64,000 nt of DNA from Octopus sinensis (GCF_006345805.1 NC_043004.1:64108001-64172000), one strand, 5' to 3'. Counted from the stretch's first letter, positions 37,888 through 50,900 are shown. Notes: generated by a model from the letters alone, not told the origin. Numbers and translations are program-made.

Positions 37888-40007
37888 ATGGACGCATATC
37901 ACATAGATTATTCTATGAAAAATATACCGATCCCATCAAAGGATTTTTACTCTAAGAAACTTCTGCAAAAAATTACTGATGTAATTAAGCGTATGAGATG
38001 GAAGGCTTTCTTTTTTGACACAGAAGCGAACACCAAGGAAAACATTTTCTATCGGATAAAATCCAAAAAATTCCCTCCTAGGATTAAAGGCTTGGAAGAT
38101 TTCGAAGCGGACCTGCTGAAGATCATGAGCAAAATAAAGTTTCGTAAGTCTTTTAACAATTTCCAACATAAATTGAAAAAAGATATTGATCATATAAAAA
38201 GCTCCAAGAAAAAAGCACTTTTTTCTGATAAAACCAAGAACTTATACCTGGTAGATAACAGCAAATACACACAACTCTTACACAACAGCATACTAATAAT
38301 TATACTAAGGCTAGGGCACAGACATATAACGAAATTAATAAAGAAGCTAGCGTCATCGCCGCTAAACTTAAATTAGATAAAAAAATAGAAACCCTCCCCA
38401 AAAAGAGGCCTTATTACTATTAAAGATCACAAAGAAAACTTCCTTTCCAACCCTAAATGTAGGCTTATCAACCCAGCCAAGTCAGAACTAGGGATTATTA
38501 GCAAAGAAATTTTAGATAAAATAAATACGAAAATTAAGACCGATACTAGGCTAGTGCAATGGTCCAATAGTATAGAAGTCGTAGACTGGTTTAAAGCTAT
38601 TAAGAATAAGAAAAAAGCGAGGTTTACACAATTCGATATTGTTGATTTTTATGCCTCTATCTCTAAAGAACTGCTAGATAAAGCCCTAATCTTCGCTAGT
38701 GACTTCATAGAAATTAGTACCAATGATAAGGATATAATCTTCCATGCTAGAAAGACATTACTTTTCAGTGAGAATGCAAAGTGGGTAAAAAACACCGACA
38801 CGGAGGGCGCTTTCGATGTGAGCATGGGTTCATATGATGGGGCAGGCATCTGTGATCTAATTGGACTCTTTCTCCTAGATACCTTCGGTAAGACATTCCC
38901 TAACGTACATTTCGCCATCTACAAAGATGATGCCCTCGCCTTAACAGCTAATACAAATGGACCAGCACAAGATCGTTTTAGGAAGGATATTATCCAGTTA
39001 ATGAAACACTTCGGACTTAGTATAACTATAGACACTAACCTGACGGTTGTCAATTCTTAGACGTTTCCTTAGATCTTAATAATAATATTTATAAGCCTTA
39101 TAGGAAGCCCAATGATAGACTAAGTTATATTAATGTAGGTTCATGCCATCCCCCTATAGTATTCAAAAATTTAGTTAAAAATATTAGTAAGAGGATTTCT
39201 AGCCTCTCATCTAATGAGGACATCTTCAATAGCGTTGCCCCAGTTTATAATAAAGCTTTAAAAGATAGTGGTTTTAGCGAAAAAATAAAATATACACCTA
39301 TCACCAGCCCAACAGTAAGGAAAAGGAATAATAGAAATAAGAAGGTCATCTGGTTTACGCCCCCTTACTCACCCGAGGTGGCCTTCAATATAGGTAAATA
39401 TTTCCTAGCACTGATAGATAGACATTTTCCAGTTAACCATGCTTATAGGAAACTCTTCAATAGACACAATTTAAAAATTAGTTTTAGTTCAACTACCAAT
39501 TTTAAAAACATAATCAATCATAACATACAAAAAACACAAGAAGAAAACAGCTGTTCATGCAGGAATAAAGAATTGTGCCCGCTAAATGGAGCTTGCATGT
39601 CCAAGACCATCATATATGAAGCTACCGTAAACTCTATAACCACTAAAGACACCGTTTCGACGAAGAAATACGTGGGCCTGACAGAGGGTAATTTCAAGGC
39701 CAGGTTCAATAACCACACTTTGAGCTTTAGGCACTGGAACAAAGAAAAGCGACACAATTATCCAATCATATTTGGTCTTTAAGAGATAAGGTGTCGATTA
39801 TAACATACAATGGAAGATTTTGGCCAGATGTAAGCCCTACACTAACGGCAGCGGAAGGTGCGGTTTATGCGACATGGAGAGATGGCTTATCTGGAAAGCA
39901 GCTTAGACCCTACCACATGTCTAAATACAAGGACAGAGCTTTTCGGATCATGCCCACATGTGACTAAATTTCTGTTACGTTTTTGGTCCCCTAAAGAAAA
40001 TGGATAG
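37888..40007 (+). pseudogene. PLE polyprotein (reverse transcriptase + GIY-YIG endonuclease), frameshifted as assembled
   Basis: YSMKNIPIP, KRMRWKA, TIKDHKENF, CRLINPAKS, FDIVDFY, MGSYDGAGIC, YKDD, VNFLDV, CHPP, IWFTPPYS, IIYEA..YVGLTE..RFNNH, CGLC. About 7 single-base deletions and no other stops found. Confidence 0.93.
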
Positions 40008-40199
40008 AACATGCTTTCTGTGTTATGTCCCAAGAAGATTTTATATATTTTTTATATATTTTTTATATTTTTATGTATTTTTATATAATTTTTATGACGA
40101 AAATGCGAGCGATGTATAAGTACGCAGGCAAAGCAGAGTTATAACAGAGTAATTTCCCTTCATTTTTAACGGTATTTTTTCATAACGTTTTCAAATAGC

Positions 40200-40264
40200 C
40201 AGATAACCGAAGAGATGGTGTTGTGGATTTCCACTTCGGCATCTGAAACTCAGAGTTTTATCTG
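40200..40264 (+). ncRNA. Variant HHR in the PLE 3' tail
   Basis: cagataa-CCGAAGA-gatg..catc-t-GAAAC-tc a ga-GTT|ttatctg; 7-bp stem I, U4C change in the core. Confidence 0.55.
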
Positions 40265-40330
40265 ACTACCGAGTAATGTAACATATTGTATATAGATATA
40301 TATATATATATATATAATATATATAGATAT

Positions 40331-40547
40331 ACTCTTTTTCTCTTTTACTCTTTACTTGTTTCAGTCATTCGACTGCGGCCATGCTGGAGCTACCGCCTTT
40401 AGTCGAGCAAATCGACCCGGGACTTATTCTTTGTAAGCCCAGTAACTTATTCTATCGGTCTCTTTTGCCGAACCACTAAGTGACGGGGCGTAAACACACC
40501 AGCATCGGTTGTCAAGCAATGCTAGGGGGACAAACACAGACACACAA

Positions 40548-40592
<45 letters not shown>

Positions 40593-40752
40593 TACGACAG
40601 GCTTCTTTCAGTTTCCGTCTGCCAAATCCACTAACAAGGCATTGGTCGGCCCGGGGCTATAGCAGAAGACACTTGCCCAAGATGCCACGCAGTGGGACTG
40701 AACCTGGAACCATGTGGCTGGTTAGCAAGCTACTTACCACACAGCCACTCCT
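40331..40752 (-). mobile_element. SINE family A, full length
   Basis: Complete head, core, internal microsatellite and tail. Confidence 0.9.
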
Positions 40753-40780
40753 ACTTACATACAGTTTATACATACATACA

Positions 40781-40912
<132 letters not shown>

Positions 40913-40931
40913 TATATATATACATACATTA

Positions 40932-41564
40932 TATACCAATTAGGACTGAACACGAAAAGTGGACAGTCACATGCTAGATATAGACGTCAAATCGCCATCT
41001 CCACAAAGATTATGTTCTCAAATCAAACTCAGCACAAAACTAAAGCAATAAACAAGTGAAAATATACGAAATAAAATAATTACCCATGTACTGATCAGTT
41101 TCGGTTATTATTATCCGCAAGGATAACTGTAACTTCTTCAGCATGGTACGTATTGAATGTAATTTGCTGGACTAGATGGAAAAACGACACCGGAGTGTCG
41201 CGTGCTTGGAGTTCAACCGATTACATTCGAATGTATCTTTCAAATGCCTTTACTTTGGCGCGTTGAGACCCGAAGAAACCAGCCTGCAGCTAATAATTAG
41301 CAGCAGTCAATTTATCGGTTAGAGAACATATTTATTTTATATAAAATTAAAGTTTATTGCTTTGGTTTTGTGCTGAGTTTGATTTGAGAACATGATCTTT
41401 GCGGAGAATGGCGATTTGACGTCTATATCTAGCATGTTGACTGTCCACTTTTTGTGTTCAGTCCTTAATTGGTATATATGAATATTTTAATTTTCGGATT
41501 CTTTTTTAATATGCTAGACCACTGGTTTTAATTGATAAATATCAATTCTACCCTTAATTAATTT
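40932..41564 (+). mobile_element. Second copy of the ~503-nt HHR element, with 5' inversion
   Basis: Same 3' end (cttaattaattt) as the 22826-23587 copy, but a different inversion breakpoint (~41350). Confidence 0.8.
41084..41146 (-). ncRNA. Type I hammerhead ribozyme
   Basis: CCAUG-CUGAAGA-A-GUUA..GUUAUCC UUGC GGAUAAU..UAAC-C-GAAAC-UGAUCA-GUA|CAUGG. Confidence 0.7.
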
Positions 41565-41710
41565 ATTATATATATAATTATATATATATATTATATATAT
41601 ATTTATAATTAATCAATATAGGGTGGCAAAAAAAATTTGTAGAATTTTTTTGCCACCAGCGGCCTAGTGGGAAAAAATTAAATAGTCATAGACCATTTTT
41701 AAGTTCACAC

Positions 41711-42179
41711 ATCAACAATCAAGGAACGGACATAATAGGCCATTCACCACTAGAAATAACAGCCAAAGCTTCAACCGCAAATAAAATCAATTCCGTAAAC
41801 CAGGAGAAAATTTAAAAAACATTTACCCTGTAATTTCTTATACGATGCACCGTTTCATCTGCTGTTTAATGGTAAACTAACCTGATTAAATTAAATCAAG
41901 CCAATCTTCCATAGGCCCTCAGATTCTTCAGTAAGAATAGCCAAGTCGGAACAGATATTTTCAAATATCTGAGGGCCTATGGAAGATTGGCTTGATTTAA
42001 TTTAATCAGGTTAGTTTACCATTAAACAGCAGATGAACGGTGCATCGTATAAGAAATTACAGGGTAAATGTTTTTTTAAATTTCTCCTGGTTTACGGAAT
42101 TGATTTTTATTGCGGTTGAAGCTTTGGCTGTTATTTCTAGTGGGTGAATGGCCTATTATGCCGTTCCTTGATTGTTGAT
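41711..42179. repeat. Inverted repeat (~213-bp arms, 42-bp spacer), PLE-terminus-like
   Basis: 41711-41924 is the reverse complement of 41967-42179. Confidence 0.92.
41835..41937 (-). ncRNA. Type I hammerhead ribozyme with long stem II
   Basis: UUCUUA-CUGAAGA-AUCUG..CAGAU-GAAAC-GGUGCAUC-GUA|UAAGAA; 6-bp stem I, 5-bp stem II base. Confidence 0.75.
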
Positions 42180-42221
42180 ATATATATATATATATATATA
42201 TGGATGTAATGTATATGCATA

Positions 42222-42638
42222 TACTCTTTTACTCTTTTACTCTTTTACTTGTTTCAGTCATTTGACTACGGCCATGCTGGAGCACCGCCTTTAGTCGAGC
42301 AACTCGACCCCAGGACTTATTCTTTTTGTAAGCCCAGTACTTATTCTATCGGTCTCTTTTTGCCGAACCGCTAAGTAACGGGGACATAAACACACCAGCA
42401 TCGGTTGTCAAGCAATGTCAGGGGTACAAACACAGACACACAAACACACACACGCATATATATATACATATATATGACGGGCTTCTTTTCAGTTTCCGTC
42501 TACCAAATCCACTCACAAGGCTTTGGTCGGCCCGAGGCTATAGTAGAAGACACTTGCCCAAGGTGCCACGCAGTGGGACTGAACCCGGAACCATGTGGCT
42601 GGTAAACAAGCTACTTACCACACAGCCACTCCTGCGCC
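42222..42638 (-). mobile_element. SINE family A, full length, near consensus
   Basis: Complete head to tail. Confidence 0.92.
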
Positions 42639-42878
42639 TATGTATAAATCTTTTACTTATTTCAGTTATTGAGTTGCAACCGTGCTCAGGGAAAGCCTAT
42701 GGTTTTAGTCGAACGAATCGGCAACCGTAATAATTTTTTTAAGACTGGTCCTTATGTTGACGTCGTTTACCGGACCATCAAGTACGGGGATGTAAAACAG
42801 GCCAACACGGTTGTCGGTTGGTGATGATGCGCAAACATAATAACAAAGAAACACGTATCTTGATATCTATATATGTAT

Positions 42879-42930
<52 letters not shown>

Positions 42931-42934
42931 ATAG

Positions 42935-43189
42935 AATTTCAAAATAAGGTGATTAAAATCAAAATAAGCAACAAGGATATCCAGAGGTAATGCAGCACGA
43001 TCGTTTCATGCGACTCCATTTAATTAAATTCTATGTCTTTGTGCAGCTGAAGATCGGTCTACACTTTTAATTGATCTAAGGAAATGATTGCATTGTTCTA
43101 TTAAGTGGAGTCGCATGAAACGATCGTACTGCATTACCTCTGGATATCTTTGTTGCTTATTTTCATTTTAATCACCTTACTTTGAAATT
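42935..43189. repeat. Inverted repeat with HHR core (43041-43134, plus strand)
   Basis: gtgcag-CTGAAGA-[~63 nt, decayed stem II]-GAAAC-gatc-GTA|ctgcat; tail resembles the one after the 26761 HHR. Confidence 0.7.
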
Positions 43190-43484
43190 GCATGGATAAT
43201 ACCTCAACTTAAGTACCATATTCATCTGAATCCAAATTTTTTATATGTAAATAGATAGATAGACAGATAGATGGATAGATAGACATATATATATATATAT
43301 ATATATAGATATATATATATATATATATATGTATATAAGGGGGGGGGGGAATTCACAAAAAACAAAAGACGAATACACGTTGTGTACACACAAAAACATA
43401 AGTATTAGTAAAACGCTCGGGAAGTGAAAAAGTCTTCAACGTTTCGATACTACGCTCTTCACAGAAAGAAACAAGGAGAGCAAA

Positions 43485-43584
43485 NNNNNNNNNNNNNNNN
43501 NNNNNNNNNNNNNNNNNNNNNNNNNNNNNNNNNNNNNNNNNNNNNNNNNNNNNNNNNNNNNNNNNNNNNNNNNNNNNNNNNNNN
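43485..43584. other. Assembly gap (100 N)
   Basis: Run of N. Confidence 1.
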
Positions 43585-43745
43585 TTCGTTTGTCTTTACG
43601 TTCTGAGTTAAATTGCGCTGAGGTCGACATTGCATTTCATACTTTCGGAGTCGATAAATTAAGTACCAGTTGCGCACAGGGGTCGATCTAATCGAGTGGC
43701 CCCCTCTCCAAAAATTTCGGGCCTTGTGCCTAGTGTAGAAAAGGA
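43585..43745 (+). mobile_element. SINE family B, cut by the gap
   Basis: ttacgttctgagtt..gaggtcgac..aagtaccagttg..gggccttgtgcctag. Confidence 0.75.
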
Positions 43746-43777
43746 TATATTTCTGTTACGTGTTATTTTATCGACAG

Positions 43778-43990
43778 TGAAAGCACGTGGTCCAGTGGTT
43801 AAGGTGTTGCACTCCCGATCGCAAGGCTGAGGTTTTGATTGGTGCGTCAGCTTCTTCAGTGAAACAATTCCATTTCCTGTTGCCCCAGTCCACTCAGCTG
43901 TAAACGAGCAACCTTACGACGGGCTGTCATTTCGTTCAGGGTGGAAACTTGAGATTTCGATCACTTATACGCCATGGAAGCCAGATAACC
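43778..43990 (+). mobile_element. SINE family C, diverged
   Basis: gtggtccagtggttaagg head; ccagtccactcagctg core. Confidence 0.65.
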
Positions 43991-44642
43991 ATCCTCCTGA
44001 ACCCTGGATCACAAGGCAGCACTGACTTTACTATTATTTTATCAACTGCGGACAAACTAAAACAGAGTGTTTACTTTTCTGTTAGAACGAAGTCAATGAA
44101 TCATCAGAAAACACACCCTGCCAACAGAAACAACAACAAAAATCAATAACAACAACAACAAATATCCTTTCATTCCACATCGAATTCCGTTTCATTGTTG
44201 GCTCTCATTCTTGGATAATGTCACACTCTATTGGTGTTCTCCTCAGATCCTAAGATGCTAGACAGAGAGGTGTTTAGGGCACAATATACCGTTCGGATTT
44301 TTCTTTTGGACAGTCATCCACTAATGCGCAAACACCTACATACACGTACATACATAGACGCATGCGCTATAACTGTTAGTTTCACCGTAATCTGTACTAC
44401 AGGGCAGCCATCTTAATTTTCCTTTATGCTTTGATTGTTGAGATATCAATGAAACTATCGAATAAAAAAATTGGGATCATAGACTCAGATATTTCGGGCC
44501 TTGTGCCTAGAGTGGAAAAGAAGATGTATAATATGTGGGGCACACATCAACTAATGATAGATGCCAACGCACAGAAACAGTTGTTGAGATTTCGATTAAA
44601 GCCTGTCCATTCCACCGCCTTTTTGTATTACAAATATATATA

Positions 44643-45528
44643 TATATATGTGTGTATATATATGTGTGTATATATATGTGTGTATATATATGTGTGTATA
44701 TATATGTGTGTATATATATGTGTGTATATATATGTGTGTATATATATGTGTGTATATATATGTGTGTATATATATGTGTGTATATATATGTGTGTATATA
44801 TATGTGTGTATATATATGTGTGTATATATATGTGTGTATATATATGTGTGTATATATATGTGTGTATATATATGTGTGTATATATATGTGTGTATATATA
44901 TGTGTGTATATATATGTGTGTATATATATGTGTGTTATATATGTATATATTGTGTGTATATATGTGTGTATTATATGTGTGTATATATATGGTGTATATA
45001 TATGGTATGTATATATATGTGTGTATATATATGTGTGTATATATATGTGTGTATATATATGTGTGTATATATATGTGTGTATATATATGTGTGTATATAT
45101 ATGTGTGTATATATATGTGTGTATATATATATGTGTGTATATATGTGTGTATATATATGTGTATATATATGTGTGTTATATAATGTGGTGATATATATGT
45201 GTGTATATATATGTTGTGTATATATTGTGTGTATATATAATGTGTGTATATCTGTGTGTATATATATGTGTGTATATATTATGTGTGTAATATATATGTG
45301 TTATCTATGTGTATGTATATGTGTGGTGTATATATGTGTGTGTATATATATGTTGTATATATATGTGTGTATATATATGTGTGTATATAATATGTGTGTA
45401 TATATATGTGTGTATATATATGTGTGTATCTATATCGTGTGTATATATGTTGTATATAGATGTGGTGTATATATATGTGTGTATATATATGTGTGTATAT
45501 ATATGTGTGTATATATATGTGTGTATAT
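44643..45528. repeat. (ATATATGTGTGT)n 12-mer minisatellite, pure then degenerate
   Basis: Regular to about 44935, then irregular; source of the CVYICVYIY ORFs. Confidence 0.95.
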
Positions 45529-46227
45529 AATGAACAGTGTATCATAAAGTTATGCAACTGTTAAACATACGAAAATAAATCAAATAAATTTCGCAATGAA
45601 TCGAAACCCTCTCATACATTTGGTGACCTAGAAATTAGCCGAAGCACCAAAGTAAATTGCCACAATATCAGTAATGGTTTCGAGTGAAATCATGGAATTG
45701 AAGATCGATGGGTTTGGTGGAAGGAATGGAGAGATATGGGGAAGTACAGCATTGATAGCTTGACTTAATACAGCAGCTAAAGAAAAACTGTGCTTTATTC
45801 TATGTGAGGTAGTGAAAGATGATTCAGACAAATTGTGATTTTCGTGGAGAAGGAGATACGTATACTTAGAGTTTATGGGACCTGTGTGTGTGTGTTAGTG
45901 AGTGTAGGCGTATATATATATGTGTGTGTGTTGTGTGTGTGTGTGTGTATAAGCATATTTTTGTATGCATGCACACACATAAATACATACATATCCTAAG
46001 CGGCAATACTTTTAGTACATCAAACTAACCCCCTCCACATACACACACATATGGATATAGATAAAGGCAGACAGACAGACAGACAGACAGACGGATGGGT
46101 TGATGAATAGAATGATACACACGCACACGCATAGACATATACACAACAAACATATATACACACACTTATGACAAGATAGATATATAAATACATATATGTT
46201 GATGTATGTGTCTATGTATATATATAT

Positions 46228-46264
<37 letters not shown>

Positions 46265-46267
46265 TAC

Positions 46268-46309
<42 letters not shown>

Positions 46310-46429
46310 ATATATATATAATACATACACACACATGTATATGTGCAAATGTCTCGTATGTCCGTATACATAGGAATCTACCTATCGAACTATCTATTTA
46401 TCTATTCTACCTACCTATTATTATATCTA

Positions 46430-46504
<75 letters not shown>

Positions 46505-46814
46505 CTCTCTCCGCTGGTTGATTTCCAGCAAAACAGAGGAGCCAATCAACAAAGCTATAGTAATGCATGCGAGATGCATTTAGCTTCCAAATTGGATGAA
46601 AGCTCTCATGGCGATAGCAGACGTGAGAGTAATGGCGGGGTTTGGGGTTGGACAGGAAGCATGTGTTGTTGTCCAGCAGACGAATGATAAATAATACCAC
46701 AGCCAGCCATTCGAAACATCCGAAACTACTCATTATATTTTCTACTAAATCATCTTCAAACTCATAAATCTACGCACATCTTCTCATATTGATCTCTCCA
46801 TATCTCTCCATATT

Positions 46815-46862
<48 letters not shown>

Positions 46863-47069
46863 TCTGTTGTCCTGCTCATTCGTATGCGCGCATATATGTG
46901 CGCGTGTGTGTGTGTGTTTGTGTAGAAAGATATCTATATACATATATGTGAGTGTGTGGCGGGAAAGAGAGAGAAAGCAAGGAGGAAAGGCAGAGCGGCA
47001 GGTAGATACAGATCTGTCTGGCTTTGCATCCGACTTTTATACATATACATACGTACATGCACATATATA

Positions 47070-47107
<38 letters not shown>

Positions 47108-47312
47108 TTCACACATGTATATATATATATACACACATACATAACTACATCGTACATATAATGTACGTATGTATGTGCATATACATATGTATCCACTCGA
47201 CTACACTCATAAACACACAGACACACACACGCACACACACAAACGCACACACAGACACATACACACACACAAACGTAGATAGACAGACAGACAGACAGAC
47301 AGACACATAGAC

Positions 47313-47369
<57 letters not shown>

Positions 47370-47370
<1 letters not shown>

Positions 47371-47531
47371 GTTTCTTTATTGGCCACACAGGGCTGCACA
47401 CAGATGGGACAAATTACAAGGTAGAGCTTTTCTTTTGGGGGATGAAAACAAAAAAGTGGCGTAGGTTTTCGATCAAAAGGGATCGTAAAGGGAAAAAAGA
47501 AAAAATAAAGAAGGGAAAGAAAAAGAAAAGG

Positions 47532-47568
<37 letters not shown>

Positions 47569-48786
47569 GAGGAAAAAAGGAAGAGGAAAAAAACAATCAA
47601 TAGGGATCCTGTATCACAGTTGTCATGATGTACGGTGTAAAGGGGGAAGCAGATAGGTTTATCCGTGGGAAGAAAAGCCTAGGAAAAAGACCATGGTAAC
47701 CTCGGTCAATATTGTTATATGATACCACATTTGTTTGCAAGTGGGTACCCTCGTTTTTCAATTTCTGGGTTCATAGGATTATGCTCAGGGTGGCTTCGTC
47801 ATTCATACTTGCCATCCTTGCTACATTCACCCATCTTTTTTTAAAACATTCGCTAGACAAAACTTGCCTCTCTACTCTCACTTTCCTTTTCAAGTGGTAC
47901 TTGAAGAAGTTGATGAGAGATTGACCAGAGAGGAAAGTGTTGTCTCCAATCCTTTCAGACGCGTCCACCAGATACATTCTTTCGCCATAGCCACAAGGAT
48001 GATGAAAATAGCTCTTCCTTCCCGTTTGAAGGAAGGAGGCGTGACAATATTGACGATAGACTCAGCTGATAAACCGACTCGTCCCATACGTGACAGCAGT
48101 TGTCCGACATAAGCCCACAGGTCAGAAATTGTTGGACACTGCACGAGTGCGTGCAGAACGGTTTCGTCGCTCTGACCGCATCTCGGGCAGGTCGGCCCCG
48201 TGTTTCTCGAGCCGTGTCTGTGGAGCTTATCCCGAACGGGTAGCGCTTCTCGGTAGCACTGCCAGGCCAGGGATCTCTGGAAGTTGTCCATGGTCCCGAA
48301 CAGGCGGGTCAGGTACTCCTCGCCGACGTCCTGGTTCGCCCCGAGCTCGTCGTCGTACCTCCCCTCCACTAATCCTCTATAGAAAGCTTGGGTTGTGATG
48401 GAGTCACTCAAGGTCGACCCGCGGTGCCATTCGCCCTTCCTCGGCCTCTTTTTGATCCACGACTGCAGTTCGGTCATGGAGACGAGCTGCGGGAAAGCGT
48501 GTCTCATAAACGGCGACCACACCTGTTCACCGTCGTCTACGTAGAGCCTGAGGTGTCGCAGTCTCAGCGCGTGTCTCCGCATCATCAACCACGGCATGCC
48601 CAGCCCTCCTTTTAACGGGTGTTGACAGCAAATGGATCGCCTGACCATCGGGACGCATCCTTTCCACAAGAAGCGAAAGAGAATGCGTTCTAGTTTGGTG
48701 ATGGTAGGGTCGGGACAAGGCACGACGGTTAGGCGGTAATAGATGACGGACGCGATGTACGTGTTCGCCACCTCCGCCCGACCTTT
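47370..48786 (-). mobile_element. L1/Tx1-clade LINE, 5'-truncated
   Basis: ORF 48771-47890 has GGLG and the zf-RVT motif CPRCGQSDETVLHALVQC. The 3' UTR ends AATAAA-gaaact-(TATC)n, and (GATA)n lies on both flanks. Confidence 0.9.
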
Positions 48787-50096
48787 AGATAGATAGATAG
48801 AGCTTGTGATGGTGATTATGATACTGATTCGTACTGAAATTCATGGCTAAAGAAATTGGTGGAGCAATCTGTTGTTCTCGTTCTTGACGTTGTTGTTGTT
48901 GTCATTATATTTGTTGGTTTTTTTTTTGTTTTTTTGTTAGTATTAGTAATGGTGGTTTTTGCCGACGATGCTATTTAGTGCTTACTCTACCACAAAACTA
49001 CATAATGAGAGATAACGTCGTCTGTACATGACTGTCTTAAGCCAGTCAATTCTGCGGATTCATTCTATCTAGAATATGTCTGGCTCTGCTAAATCCAAGC
49101 TGACCATCTTGGCAACGACGTAGCTCACTGGTCACAAACGTTTAGCTATCGTCTACCATTTTTTTTTTTTTCCAAATTATTCGATAAGAAAATACTGAAT
49201 TACTTTCTTGTATCCTTTTATTTTTTCCTTTCTTATTTTATGTCTGTTATATCTCTCTTCGCCTTCCCCGTCCCTCTCCGTCCCTCTTTCTCTCTTTCTG
49301 TACACATACACACATAGACACACATTCATATATTTCTAAAACACAGTTATATATTTCTCTTGTGCTCAAATTCATTTTGAAACCATCTGTATTATTTATA
49401 AATGATGTGAGTGGAAGATAAAGAAATGTATCTGCGCCTATTTATACCTACGTACGTACACATGCATATATATGTACGTACGTACACATGCATATATATG
49501 TACGTATGCATACAAGCATGCATTGATTTATAGGTTCATCTACACACATACACTCATTCATAACTTACACGCACACACACACACATTCATAACCTATACG
49601 CACACATACACACATACATAAGCATACTCACACTGACTTTCTCATACACTTATATAAGGTTGATTTCACCATTCGGTTACGTTTTGCAAGCTTGCTCACT
49701 ATTTCAATCAACAGGTGGCGCATGGATCGATTTCCGTTTGCATTTCAGTATGTCTGTCTGTGCGTGCTGGGACTTTATTACTTTATATTACGGTGGGCAA
49801 TTTCTTTCTTTCTTCTTGTTTTTTTTTTCATATTTGATTTTTTTTTATGGCTTTAAAGCGCGGAAGATGAATATATGAATGAGATAAAGTTAAATGCCTT
49901 CATCTTTTCTTACTTATAGTACATTTTTTCCTATACGCACACAGACACATACATACATACACACACTTATATCTACATACACATGCATATACATTCATAT
50001 TTATAAATACATATTTATTACTTTTATATTTACAAATACATACACACATGCATGTACACAAACACACACAATTTATACATACATAGATATATATAT

Positions 50097-50135
<39 letters not shown>

Positions 50136-50619
50136 GCTTATGCTTATTAATATTGACTTTCGCTTTCCCACTTCTCATCATAGTTCTATAGTTCCACCAT
50201 CTAAGCAACAGTTCTTAAACATTTTTACCTCTGCACCATCCTCCGATTTCCTTGAATACCGCTTAACAAACGCCCTCTCCACTTTTTTTTACCAAAAAAT
50301 AATAAATAAATACACACCAGATTATTTTAATCAAAACAGACGAACATTTTTGCTCAGTGGTTTATTAATCCGCCTGTTCGTGTTCTATTCATATCTAGTA
50401 CTCTGTTATTCTTTCATACTTTAATTCTTTTATTTTTACTTGCTCTGGTCGTTGGATTGCGGCCATGCCGAGTCATTGACTTTCAGGATTTAGTCGAAGT
50501 AATCGGGACACCCACCCACCCCTCCACCCTATACTTATTTTTTTTAAACTGAAGACAAAGAATTGGGTGGGGTTGTTATTTCGAAATGTGTTTTAAAATA
50601 TAGACATTCTTTTCTTCTT

Positions 50620-50819
50620 ATACTCGTTTCAGTCATTTGGCTACGGCCATGCTAGAGCACAGCCTTAAAGGGTGTTAGTCGAAGAAATCGACTCCGGGAC
50701 TTATTATTTGTAAAGCCTAGTATTTTATCGGTTCTTTTGTCGAAGCGCTAGGTTACGGGGGCATAAAGGCACCAGCATTGGTTGTCAAGCGATGGCGGAG
50801 GGAGAAATACAAACATACA

Positions 50820-50851
<32 letters not shown>

Positions 50852-50900
50852 TACACACACATATATATATACATATATATATATATATGTGTGTGTATGC
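50620..50900 (-). mobile_element. SINE family A, 3' part
   Basis: gtttcagtcatt..ggccatgctagagcac..ggttgtcaagcgatgg. Confidence 0.75.

Larger units (their letters stand above)
36895..40290 (+). mobile_element. Penelope-like retroelement, near full length
   Basis: Rearranged 5' repeats, RT + GIY-YIG ORF and a 3' tail with an HHR-like motif, embedded in (TA)n. Confidence 0.9.

Noticed and set aside
44431-45557. ORFs of 218-299 aa (CVYICVYIY...)
   Set aside because: Translations of the 12-mer minisatellite. The same applies to the YIYI, THTH, LSLS and ERER ORFs throughout the window.
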